51,715 bases of DNA from Candidatus Omnitrophota bacterium (GTDB taxonomy: Bacteria > Omnitrophota > Gorgyraeia > 2-02-FULL-51-18): NCBI GenBank assembly GCA_016206805.1, contig JACQQX010000029.1, positions 1-51,715 on the forward strand, read 5' to 3'. The notes beneath the pieces are model-generated. The model was not told the DNA's origin and made no database searches. It saw only the letters and a list, made by a program, of their open reading frames with translations. Shown piece by piece: positions 1 through 7,756 of the stretch (position 1 is the first letter of the stretch; each line of letters begins with the position of its first letter). The position numbers and the translations under genes were made by a program.

Positions 1-52
1 CCAATTTTTCAAATTTCAATGCTCTAAACCTCTTGTTTGATATTTTGGTCAT
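1..52 (-). CDS. partial hypothetical protein, 5' end only (possibly another four-helix-bundle/IVS-type protein)
   Basis: ATG at 52-50 reads MTKISNKRFRALKFEKL and runs off the window edge. A TCGTG-type heptamer array (70-97) lies just upstream, as for the 4HB gene at 3143-3526. Only 17 codons are visible. Confidence 0.2.
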   Translation of the reverse strand, partial: MTKISNKRFRALKFEKL

Positions 53-69
53 TTTAATTTTGAATTTGT

Positions 70-97
70 TTCGTGCTTCGTGCTTCGGATTTCGTGC
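70..97. repeat. tandem heptamer array TTCGTGC x4 (third unit degenerate, TTCGGAT)
   Basis: Read directly: ttcgtgc ttcgtgc ttcggat ttcgtgc. It has the same 7-nt period and TCGTG core as the arrays at 959-986, 3097-3124 and 3522-3552. Confidence 0.75.
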
Positions 98-103
98 TTG
101 CCC

Positions 104-943
104 TCATATATTGCTCCCAACATTCCGGTCTACCGGTGTCAAAACGCCATCTTTGGACAGTGCGTAGTCCGTGTCGAGTTCCTGCCGCGCCACTTTCTCG
201 ATCTCATCTTTCAAAGACCCCATGATTTTAGTTTGAAGCATCAAAAGCGCCGGGTCCTGCTCCTTGCGAGGACGCGGAACAGGGATGGGGTATTCTTTTT
301 TGATCGTGCCGGGGCGCGCGGTGATTTCAAAAACACGGTCGGACAAAAATGTCGCTTCGCGCACGTTGTGCGTGACAAATAAAATCGTTTTCTTCGTTTT
401 CTGCCAGATCTCTTGAAGCTCGACTTGCAAAAGATTGCGGGTCTGGGCGTCCAGGGCGGCAAAAGGCTCGTCCATCAATAGAATCCGGGGATTCATCACC
501 AGCGCCCGCGCGATGGCCGCGCGCTGCTTCATGCCACCGGAAAGCTCATGCGGATGCGCGTTCACAAAACGCGCCAAATGCACCATCTTGATGGCGGCCA
601 GCGCACGCTCCCTTCTTTCTTTTTCAGGCACACCAGCCAGCTTTAAGCCAAATTCGACATTGCCAAGGACGCTGAGCCAGGGAAATAAAGCCGCTTCTTG
701 GAAAACCACAAGCCTGTCGCGGGAGGGCCCTTCCACACGTTTGGAATCGACAAACACTTCGCCGGAATCGGGAAATTCCAGCCCCGCAATCAATGAAATC
801 AGAGTCGATTTTCCGCATCCGGAAGGCCCGATCACGCAGATGAACTCCCCTTCTTCAATAGTAAAATTCACATCGGAAAGGACTTGAACCCTCTGCCCTT
901 TTTGCTCGAAACTCTTATGCACTCGCCGTAAAACTACTCTCAT
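104..943 (-). CDS. ABC transporter ATP-binding protein, NitT/TauT (nitrate/sulfonate/taurine) type
   Basis: Walker A GPSGCGKST, signature LSGGMKQR, Walker B ILLMDEPFAALD and an H-loop (FVTHN). Overall resemblance to SsuB/TauB. ATG at 943. Confidence 0.9.
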   Translation of the reverse strand: MRVVLRRVHKSFEQKGQRVQVLSDVNFTIEEGEFICVIGPSGCGKSTLISLIAGLEFPDSGEVFVDSKRVEGPSRDRLVVFQEAALFPWLSVLGNVEFGLKLAGVPEKERRERALAAIKMVHLARFVNAHPHELSGGMKQRAAIARALVMNPRILLMDEPFAALDAQTRNLLQVELQEIWQKTKKTILFVTHNVREATFLSDRVFEITARPGTIKKEYPIPVPRPRKEQDPALLMLQTKIMGSLKDEIEKVARQELDTDYALSKDGVLTPVDRNVGSNI

Positions 944-955
944 TGCAAAACCTCG

Positions 956-1702
956 TTAGTCGTGAGTCGTGGGTCGTGGGTCGTGAGCGAACGGTTTTGG
1001 TTTCAGATGTAAACCGCACTCCTTGTGTTCAGGATTTTCCCACCACCACCGGCCGGAACGAAGGTCTTCGCCGGGTTTCACCGCGCGCGTGCAAGGCGCG
1101 CAGCCGATGGAAGGATAGCCCTGGTCATGCAATTTATTGTAAGGAACATTGTTTTTCTTGATGTAATTCCAAACGTCGTCATTGGTCCAATCCGCCAGCG
1201 GGCTGATCTTCACGATACCGCCGTTAGCTTCATCGATTTCGATTTTCTGAATGTCTGTTCGCGTCACCGACTGGTCACGCCTTAAACCCGTCACCCAGGC
1301 TTCAACGCCCTGCAGCGCGCGCTTGAGCGGCTCGACCTTGCGGATCCCGCAGCATTCTTTGCGATTCTCGACGGATTCCCGAAAGGAATGAAAACCTTTG
1401 GCCCGTTCCAATGCTTCGACTTTTTTGAAATCGGGAAAATAACTTTCGATGCTGATGTGGTATTTCTCGCGGATGCGGTCCATGACGTCATACGTCTCTT
1501 CGTTGAGACGGCCCGTGTCGAGCGTGAAAATCCTGATCTTGGGATCCAACTTCACGAGAATGTCGATCAACACCACATCCTCCGCGCCAAAAGAAGAGGC
1601 CACCGTTATCTTGGAGCCAAATGTCCTCAGCGCCCATTGCAACAACGCCACCGCCGAGGACTTTTCAAATTCCTTATTAAGTTGTTGTAAGTTAAGTTTC
1701 AT
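956..1702 (-). CDS. cysH: adenylylsulfate (APS) reductase, thioredoxin-dependent, Fe-S type CysH
   Basis: Carries the catalytic ECGLH motif plus the Fe-S cysteine pairs KECCGIRKVEPL and SIGCAPCT, which distinguish APS from PAPS reductases. The C-terminal tail AHDPRPTTHD is encoded by the heptamer array. Confidence 0.9.
   Translation of the reverse strand: MKLNLQQLNKEFEKSSAVALLQWALRTFGSKITVASSFGAEDVVLIDILVKLDPKIRIFTLDTGRLNEETYDVMDRIREKYHISIESYFPDFKKVEALERAKGFHSFRESVENRKECCGIRKVEPLKRALQGVEAWVTGLRRDQSVTRTDIQKIEIDEANGGIVKISPLADWTNDDVWNYIKKNNVPYNKLHDQGYPSIGCAPCTRAVKPGEDLRSGRWWWENPEHKECGLHLKPKPFAHDPRPTTHD
959..986. repeat. heptamer array GTCGTGA GTCGTGG GTCGTGG GTCGTGA
   Basis: tagtcgtgagtcgtgggtcgtgggtcgtgag is nearly identical to 3095-3125. 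It lies at the cysH 3' end, 13 nt from the ABC ATPase start. Confidence 0.9.
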
Positions 1703-1714
1703 GGTTTTATGTCT

Positions 1715-1819
1715 GCGGTAGCGGTAACGAAGCCCGTATCGTTCGGCGGCTTGCGTCTTTCGTTGTGCTTTTGACGATACCGAAACCGACCAACGATACG
1801 GGCTTCGTTACCGCCACCG
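1715..1819. repeat. long inverted repeat (about 28-bp arms, about 48-nt spacer) in the cysN-cysH intergenic region
   Basis: The left arm gcggtagcggtaacgaagcccgtatcgtt (1715-1743) is the reverse complement of aacgatacgggcttcgttaccgccaccg (1792-1819) with one mismatch. Confidence 0.85.
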
Positions 1820-1832
1820 TTTAACGAGCGGT

Positions 1833-3146
1833 TCATATCGCCACCATGGGCTCGGCGGCCTTTAAAATAATCCCTCCGCCCCTCACCTGCCTGTCATGGA
1901 CCAGGACAAAACGGCCCGTTTCGGTCACGGCGTCAAAGGGGTCAAATACAATGGGTTTTTTAGTCACTAAGATCAACTCCGCCACTTCATTTTTGGCGAC
2001 CGAGCGGGAGCTTTTGGAAATCTCATCCAACGTCGAAGAGTTGATGACTTTTAAAATCGCCTCCACAACGCACTCCACTTCTTGTGTAGTGAGTTTCAAA
2101 ATGCATTTGGCGCCTTTCTCCAGATGAAGATTGCCCATCCAGAAAATATGCACAAAAAGGGAGTTGGTCACCTGCGCGGCGGTATCCGGCCGGCAGGCCA
2201 CTTCTCCGCGCTCCACAAATATCTGGTCTTCCAACACAATTCCGATGGATTCTCCGGCGGACGCTTTCTGTCGCGCCTGCCCGCCAGCGCTTTTTGGCGG
2301 GTGCCATTTTTCAATGGACTTCACCACGCCCGTTTTCTTGGACGGCAAAAATAAAAGTTCTTCTCCCACCGAAAGACTCCCGGACTCGATACGGCCGGCG
2401 AAAATCCTCTGCTTGTCAAATTTGTAAACATCCTGCAACGGAAAACGAAGCGGCTTGTCAACACTGGATGCCGGAGGATCGAGGCTATCCAGCGTTTCCA
2501 AAAGCGAAGGCCCCTGATACCAGGACATTTTTTGGCTTCTTTTGATCAGGTTTTCGCCGTAATAGGCGGCCAGCGGAATAAAAGCGTGTGGGGTGACCTT
2601 GATCGAGGCCAGGTGCTTTTCATATTCGGCGCGGATGGCGTCGAATACTTCTTTTTTGTAATCGACCAAGTCCATTTTATTGATCACGATGAGAATCGTT
2701 TTGACGCCCAAAAGCGAAAGCAGTGTCGCGTGACGCTTGGATTGTTCGCGCAGGCCCTCTTCGGCGTCAATCAACAAAATCGCCACATCCGCCGTCGAGG
2801 CGCCGGAAATCATATTCTTCAAAAACTCCTTATGTCCGGGCGCGTCGATAATGCTGTAAGGACGCTTGGAAGATTTGAAAAAAACCTGCGAAACGTCAAT
2901 GGTAACGCCCTGGTCCTGCTCTTCTTCCAAAGCGTCCAGCAAAAACGCGTATTCAAACTTCATGCCCTTTTCTTTGCAAATCTCCTCAACGTTACGGATA
3001 CGCTGCGGCGTCAGGGAATTGGTCTCCGCCAAAAGCCGCCCCACCAGCGTCGACTTCCCGTGATCCACATGCCCGACAAAAACAATGCGCAGGCTAGTCG
3101 TGAGTCGTGGGTCGTGGGTCGTGGGCAAGCCGGATGAGCTTGTCAT
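1833..3146 (-). CDS. cysN: sulfate adenylyltransferase subunit 1 (GTPase)
   Basis: GTPase motifs GHVDHGKST, DAPGH and NKMD with an EF-Tu-like fold. I place the start at ATG 3146, which overlaps the TGA of the upstream 4HB gene (ATGA). The track start at 3179 is less likely. Confidence 0.9.
   Translation of the reverse strand: MTSSSGLPTTHDPRLTTSLRIVFVGHVDHGKSTLVGRLLAETNSLTPQRIRNVEEICKEKGMKFEYAFLLDALEEEQDQGVTIDVSQVFFKSSKRPYSIIDAPGHKEFLKNMISGASTADVAILLIDAEEGLREQSKRHATLLSLLGVKTILIVINKMDLVDYKKEVFDAIRAEYEKHLASIKVTPHAFIPLAAYYGENLIKRSQKMSWYQGPSLLETLDSLDPPASSVDKPLRFPLQDVYKFDKQRIFAGRIESGSLSVGEELLFLPSKKTGVVKSIEKWHPPKSAGGQARQKASAGESIGIVLEDQIFVERGEVACRPDTAAQVTNSLFVHIFWMGNLHLEKGAKCILKLTTQEVECVVEAILKVINSSTLDEISKSSRSVAKNEVAELILVTKKPIVFDPFDAVTETGRFVLVHDRQVRGGGIILKAAEPMVAI
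3097..3124. repeat. heptamer array GTCGTGA GTCGTGG x3 (one arm of the inverted pair flanking the 4HB gene)
   Basis: Read directly. It lies inside the 5' end of cysN, where it encodes PTTHDPRLTT, and is inverted relative to 3522-3552. Confidence 0.9.
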
Positions 3147-3526
3147 AGTTTTTTGATTAGAGATTGGATCATCTTGCATATATACTCCAGTTTATTTAAA
3201 AGAATTGTCGCTTGTTCTGTGCTTAGGTAGCTCAGTCGTCTGGCTATTTCAATTTGCGTTTCCAATTCCCCACACGAACCAAGGGAAATGCCTAAAAACT
3301 GCTTATATTCTTTGGCGTAGTTTCTACGAAAACCTTCTGCTATATTCGAGGGTATCGAAATCGCCGCTCTTTGCATTTGTGAAGTTAAACTATACACTTC
3401 GGTTTTTGGAAAAGAAGTAGTTATTTTGTATATCTCTTCTACAAAAACCATACTTTCCTGCCATATTCTCAAATCCCTGAAACTTTTTATTCTCGGCTCG
3501 CTCACAACCGCCTTTCGTTCGCTCAC
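3143..3526 (-). CDS. four-helix-bundle protein (23S rRNA intervening-sequence protein / Avd-like family)
   Basis: The N-terminus has FRDLRIWQES, followed by QMQRAAISIPSNIAEGF and GSCGELETQIEIA, which are typical of this family. It is inserted between cysD and cysN. A GTG start at 3526 or at 3505 is possible. Confidence 0.85.
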   Translation of the reverse strand: MSERKAVVSEPRIKSFRDLRIWQESMVFVEEIYKITTSFPKTEVYSLTSQMQRAAISIPSNIAEGFRRNYAKEYKQFLGISLGSCGELETQIEIARRLSYLSTEQATILLNKLEYICKMIQSLIKKL

Positions 3527-3552
3527 AACTCACGACCCACGACTCACGACTA
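3522..3552. repeat. inverted copy of the heptamer array (ctcacaa ctcacga cccacga ctcacga cta)
   Basis: Its reverse complement tagtcgtgagtcgtgggtcgtgagttgtgag matches 3095-3124. It abuts the cysD stop codon (3550-3552). Confidence 0.9.
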
Positions 3553-4353
3553 CATATACCCTTTCGCTCTTAATTTTTGCATAGCGTAGCGCTGGGAATG
3601 GTCCTGTTCACGCCCTACGCGCTCGGAAACTTTTGTATTTTTTAGCTCTTCGACTATTTTTTCAATCGTGTCCGCGTCCGACTCCACGGGCTTAGTGATC
3701 GGCATGCAACCGAGCGTGCGGTAGCGCTTGCCGTTTTTGGCGAAATACAAATCGACTACCGGAATGTTTTCGCGCTGGACATAACGCCACACGTCGATCT
3801 CCGTCCACTCCAAAAGCGGGTGGATCCTCACATGCGTGTCCTTGTCATAGTCGGACTGAAACTGATTCCAAAGCTCCGGAGGCTGATCCTTGTAGTCCCA
3901 TTCAAAATCGATGTTGCGCGGCGAAAAAAACTTTTCCTTCGCGCGCGTGCCGTCCTCGTCGCGCCGGATGCCGACAATGAGGCCATTCCACTTTTCCTTG
4001 GCCAGCATCTGCTGGAGGCCCACGGTCTTCATCTCGTGGCACACCGTCACGGGGTCATTGTTCTGGTAATTGATCCCGCGCCGGATCGCGTCTTGATTGG
4101 TGCCGACGATAAGGTTCAGGTCCCATTCTTTGGCGTATTTCTCGCGGTAGGCGTACATCTCGGGAAATTTAAAAGTCGTATCAATATGCACGGCCGGAAA
4201 TGGCACCCGCCCGAAAAACGCCTTGCGCGCCAGCCAAATCAAAACCGTCGAATCCTTCCCCATCGACCAGAGCATGGCCAGCTTATCAAACTTCTTGTAA
4301 GCTTCTCTCAAAATAAAAATCGACTGATTTTCAAGCTTATCCAACTGATCCAT
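3550..4353 (-). CDS. cysD: sulfate adenylyltransferase subunit 2
   Basis: PAPS-reductase-like fold with SMGKDSTVL, and full-length resemblance to CysD. Confidence 0.92.
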   Translation of the reverse strand: MDQLDKLENQSIFILREAYKKFDKLAMLWSMGKDSTVLIWLARKAFFGRVPFPAVHIDTTFKFPEMYAYREKYAKEWDLNLIVGTNQDAIRRGINYQNNDPVTVCHEMKTVGLQQMLAKEKWNGLIVGIRRDEDGTRAKEKFFSPRNIDFEWDYKDQPPELWNQFQSDYDKDTHVRIHPLLEWTEIDVWRYVQRENIPVVDLYFAKNGKRYRTLGCMPITKPVESDADTIEKIVEELKNTKVSERVGREQDHSQRYAMQKLRAKGYM

Positions 4354-4398
4354 AGCCCGCCTCTATATAAGTATATTAGTCATATATATTACTAATAA

Positions 4399-4427
4399 AA
4401 CGTACCATACATAACCATTTTTGTCAA
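4399..4427 (-). promoter_or_regulatory. candidate sigma70 promoter for cysD (TTGACA-17-TACGTT)
   Basis: On the minus strand, TTGACA lies at 4427-4422 and TACGTT at 4404-4399, within an AT-rich 76-nt gap. The -10 box is weak. Confidence 0.3.
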
Positions 4428-4429
4428 AT

Positions 4430-4972
4430 TTAAACTCTGGCGGGAAGCGGGTGGGGTAGAACGGTCTCCAAATACGCCTCGATGGCATCAAGGCTCTCCT
4501 GAACGCTTATTAAATGAGTGTCAATGGTGATTTCGGGATAAAGAGGCTCTTCGTAAATATCCGATATGCCCGTAAAATTTCTGATCCTTCCGCTGCGCGC
4601 CGAGCGGTACATGCCCTTCACGTCCCTTTGCTCGCAGATTTCAACGGGGCAGCGTAAATAGATTTCGATAAAACGCCCTATCCGTTTCCGCGCGTCTTGA
4701 CGCGCCTGACGATAAGGTGACACCAGAGACACCAAAACCCATCGGCCTTCTTTCAAATGCCGGGCGGCCAGGATTGAAACGCGCCGAATGTGAACCATCC
4801 GGTCCACGGCGGAAAAATCCAGATCGGGCGAAAGCGTTTTTCTCAGATCATCGCCATCCAGCTGCGCGACCGGGAGTCCCGAGGCGGCCAGTTTTTTCTC
4901 GAGAGCCAAAGCGATGGTTGTCTTTCCGGAGCAAGGCAGACCTGTAAACCACAAAACGAAATTTTCACTCAC
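4430..4972 (-). CDS. cysC: adenylylsulfate kinase
   Basis: P-loop GLPCSGKTT and a DGDDLR motif. The start overlaps the stop of the upstream sulfotransferase gene by 4 nt. Confidence 0.9.
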   Translation of the reverse strand: MSENFVLWFTGLPCSGKTTIALALEKKLAASGLPVAQLDGDDLRKTLSPDLDFSAVDRMVHIRRVSILAARHLKEGRWVLVSLVSPYRQARQDARKRIGRFIEIYLRCPVEICEQRDVKGMYRSARSGRIRNFTGISDIYEEPLYPEITIDTHLISVQESLDAIEAYLETVLPHPLPARV

Positions 4973-5754
4973 AAAGCCGCCATGCGCAAAATAGCGTAAT
5001 GCTCTTGTCCGAGCAAAGCCAAAACTTCGTTATAATTTTGGACTAGGGCATGTCCCTGGCGGTTTTGTTTTCGAAGCGCGCTTGAAACCTTCGAAACCGG
5101 CAGGCGGAGAAACGGAAAAATCATGGCGTTAAAAATACCCTGAGGACTTTCCACTAAACTCTCATAGTCCACCATGATGGAACATTCTCTCAACCATGCA
5201 TGTCGGAGCAAATCACCGTAATAAGACCGGATTGTTGAGCAAAAAGCTCGGTATTCCTCCGTATCGACCCGCAGCGATTGGGGCAGCGGCGTTTCGTCCG
5301 TCGACTGCCAGATACCGCTCCCCTCGGCGATCTTTAAGGACACGAATTGATCAAAAAGCGAGCGCCGGTAAAGAATAATGAAGCGCGCTTTCGGAAAAAG
5401 GCTTCTGACATCTTCCACCGTCACCCCATGAGCCTCCATTTGAAACATGAGAAGCTTGGCCCCGCAAACCGCTTGATCACCGTCATAAATCGAATGCCGG
5501 ATATGCCGCAATACCGCCTTTTTTGAAAGTCCGGACCAGCGGAGGCCGTAATACATGTCCGGATTCAAAATCTCGGCTGCCATCTCCACGGCTGGAACGG
5601 AATTCAGGAGACTCAAAAGAAAATTACTGCCGGAACGCCGAGTCGCGATAATGAATAGGGGCTCCCTGACTTCTCTTTTTCTAAAGAGATACTTAAAATG
5701 GATTCTGGTCCGGTGGAGTAACCTTTTTTTAATGAGTTTGAGTCTTCTTTTCAT
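4969..5754 (-). CDS. sulfotransferase family protein
   Basis: The N-terminal segment IIATRRSGSNFLLSLL resembles a PAPS 5'-phosphosulfate-binding loop. The size is right and the gene is coupled to cysC. Confidence 0.65.
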   Translation of the reverse strand: MKRRLKLIKKRLLHRTRIHFKYLFRKREVREPLFIIATRRSGSNFLLSLLNSVPAVEMAAEILNPDMYYGLRWSGLSKKAVLRHIRHSIYDGDQAVCGAKLLMFQMEAHGVTVEDVRSLFPKARFIILYRRSLFDQFVSLKIAEGSGIWQSTDETPLPQSLRVDTEEYRAFCSTIRSYYGDLLRHAWLRECSIMVDYESLVESPQGIFNAMIFPFLRLPVSKVSSALRKQNRQGHALVQNYNEVLALLGQEHYAILRMAAL

Positions 5755-5813
5755 GAAACACCCTTGACATCTATTTGTTTAAAATTGATATGGGGAATTA
5801 AATTAGAGCGAAA

Positions 5814-6131
5814 TCAGGCGATTGAGGACGGAGGAGATCGGAGAAACCGAAAAAAAAGAACGGGGAAGATGATGAAAAAGAGAAGGACCGGAAACAGAAA
5901 ATGGTTGAAGGGCATCCACTCACGAAAATGCGGGTCGTCAACCACAGCGTTGCTTTTGATTTTATTATAAAGTGCCCGGCGGACAAAATGATAGCCCGAC
6001 GATGATTTAAGGCTGGTTTGTCCTTTAAGCTCCAGATTCTTTTCGTTCTGATGCCGGATCTCCGCCAAACCAAAACGGAGAGGAAAGATAAAATAAACGA
6101 AAAGAATAAGAGACGCCAGAACTCTCTTCAT
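5814..6131 (-). CDS. hypothetical membrane/secreted protein
   Basis: Hydrophobic N-terminus and a C-terminal TM-like segment. No recognisable family. Confidence 0.35.
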   Translation of the reverse strand: MKRVLASLILFVYFIFPLRFGLAEIRHQNEKNLELKGQTSLKSSSGYHFVRRALYNKIKSNAVVDDPHFREWMPFNHFLFPVLLFFIIFPVLFFRFLRSPPSSIA

Positions 6132-6180
6132 GCCGCTATTCTACAAAAATCGCTCTTGCTCAACAAGGTTTTTTATAATG

Positions 6181-6729
6181 CTACCGAGACTTTCCGAAGG
6201 CTTGGCGGATGAAGAGTTTGGCTAGGCGGTCGTTGATTTTGGCGGGGCTGTTTTCGGGGGTGATGTCGTCGGCGGTCAGGGTGGCTGCCAGTGAGTCTTC
6301 CCAGAGCGGTTGGCCTGACTTTAAGTCTGTTACAATGATGTCGGCCTCCAGGCGCACGTAATGTTGATTCCTGGCCGCGTCCATGGCCGCCATTCCCAAA
6401 CCTCCAATCATGTCGATGGGATCATTGTCCTGGTAAAGAAAGCCTTTGATCCGGGACTCAATGAATAGCTCCGCCTGTTCGCGGCTATTCACGATTTCAA
6501 ACATGATGCTTTTCCGGGCGGCCAAAGCTTCCTCGAGGCTCTTTTTCAGGCCCAAAGCGTCGGCTTTTTTCTCGATAGACAAATCCGCGGCCTCCCCCAC
6601 ATACACTTTTACGGAGGCAGCGCGGCTAAAACGGCTGTATAAACTGCTATTTTGGGCATAAACAAGCGTTATTGATAGGTTTGATAATAATATTGCCCAT
6701 AATATTGACATAAAAACACGTTTTATCAT
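6181..6729 (-). CDS. hypothetical secreted protein
   Basis: Signal peptide MIKRVFMSILWAILLSNLSITLVYA. No recognisable family. Confidence 0.5.
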   Translation of the reverse strand: MIKRVFMSILWAILLSNLSITLVYAQNSSLYSRFSRAASVKVYVGEAADLSIEKKADALGLKKSLEEALAARKSIMFEIVNSREQAELFIESRIKGFLYQDNDPIDMIGGLGMAAMDAARNQHYVRLEADIIVTDLKSGQPLWEDSLAATLTADDITPENSPAKINDRLAKLFIRQAFGKSR

Positions 6730-6937
6730 GTTATTCTCCCACTATTTAGTTAATATTCTATTTAAAGTGGTTCACTTTACCCATATTAAACCATTATCTA
6801 AAGTTTTAGGTTTATTAAGTATTTAACAAAATTTCTAATTTCACACCATAACGGATTAAAATTAGATTAAAACCATTCCCAAATGGAATAATCTCGAACT
6901 ATTTTCTTCCTAATTTTCCTATTGAAGCAAGTATACA

Positions 6938-7756
6938 CTATCCATCTTTAAATTTTTGAAAAAGTCCCAGCAGTATCAGCAGCGCCCCAAAGACACACAC
7001 CACACTGGCGCCCGTCGGCCAATCAAAAAAGTAAGACGCGGTCATCCCCAACGCACTGGCAATGACTCCCACCAGCCAACCAATCCAAAGGCGGGTCTTG
7101 ATCGCCGTTGAAAAAAGAAGCGCGGCGGCCGATGGCACGATGAGGAAAGAAAAGACAAGAAGCACGCCGGCGATCTTCACGGAACTGGTCACCACCACTC
7201 CGAAGGATGCGTAAAATAGAAAGTCCCAGAAACGCACGCGTAGTCCCTGGCGGTACGCCTCTTCCGGATTTTGTGAAATAAGAAGAAATTGGCGCCTGAA
7301 TATATAATGCATAATTCCCACCGCTGAATAGATCCACACAATCTTGATAAGCTCTGACGGAGTAACCAGGAGAATATTCCCGGTAAAAGCCTGGCGAATG
7401 TGTTCGTCGCCTTCACCGAAACGACTGAGGACTAAGAAAAGAAAAGCCGCCGAGACCGCATAGGCGATGCCAATCACCGCTTCTTGGGGGATGCGCTGTT
7501 TTTTGCGACGCGTGAGCGAAAAAAATAACGCGCCTAGAATGGTGAAGCCCAGAGACACCGCATAAGACAGGCCGCTATCCATTCCAAGACCGAAAACCAG
7601 CGCCAGCCCCGCGCCGAGGGCGGCGATTTGAGCGAGCGCCAGGTCGACAAAAATCACCTGGCGCTCGATCACATGAAGCCCTAGATACGCATGAATGCCC
7701 GTCAAAATCAGGCAGGCCAGAAACGGCATAGCCATCGCGTGCAGGAATTCGTTCAA
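6938..7756 (-). CDS. metal (Zn/Mn/Fe) ABC transporter permease, ABC-3 (ZnuB/TroD-like)
   Basis: Polytopic membrane protein with ABC-3 family resemblance. It overlaps the stop of the binding-protein gene by 4 nt. Confidence 0.85.
   Translation of the reverse strand: MNEFLHAMAMPFLACLILTGIHAYLGLHVIERQVIFVDLALAQIAALGAGLALVFGLGMDSGLSYAVSLGFTILGALFFSLTRRKKQRIPQEAVIGIAYAVSAAFLFLVLSRFGEGDEHIRQAFTGNILLVTPSELIKIVWIYSAVGIMHYIFRRQFLLISQNPEEAYRQGLRVRFWDFLFYASFGVVVTSSVKIAGVLLVFSFLIVPSAAALLFSTAIKTRLWIGWLVGVIASALGMTASYFFDWPTGASVVCVFGALLILLGLFQKFKDG

Noticed and set aside
959-3552. Possibility that the recurring 28-nt arrays are a CRISPR array
   Set aside because: The units are internal 7-nt tandem repeats. 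They are separated by kilobases of ordinary genes, one copy is inverted, and no cas genes or regular spacers exist.
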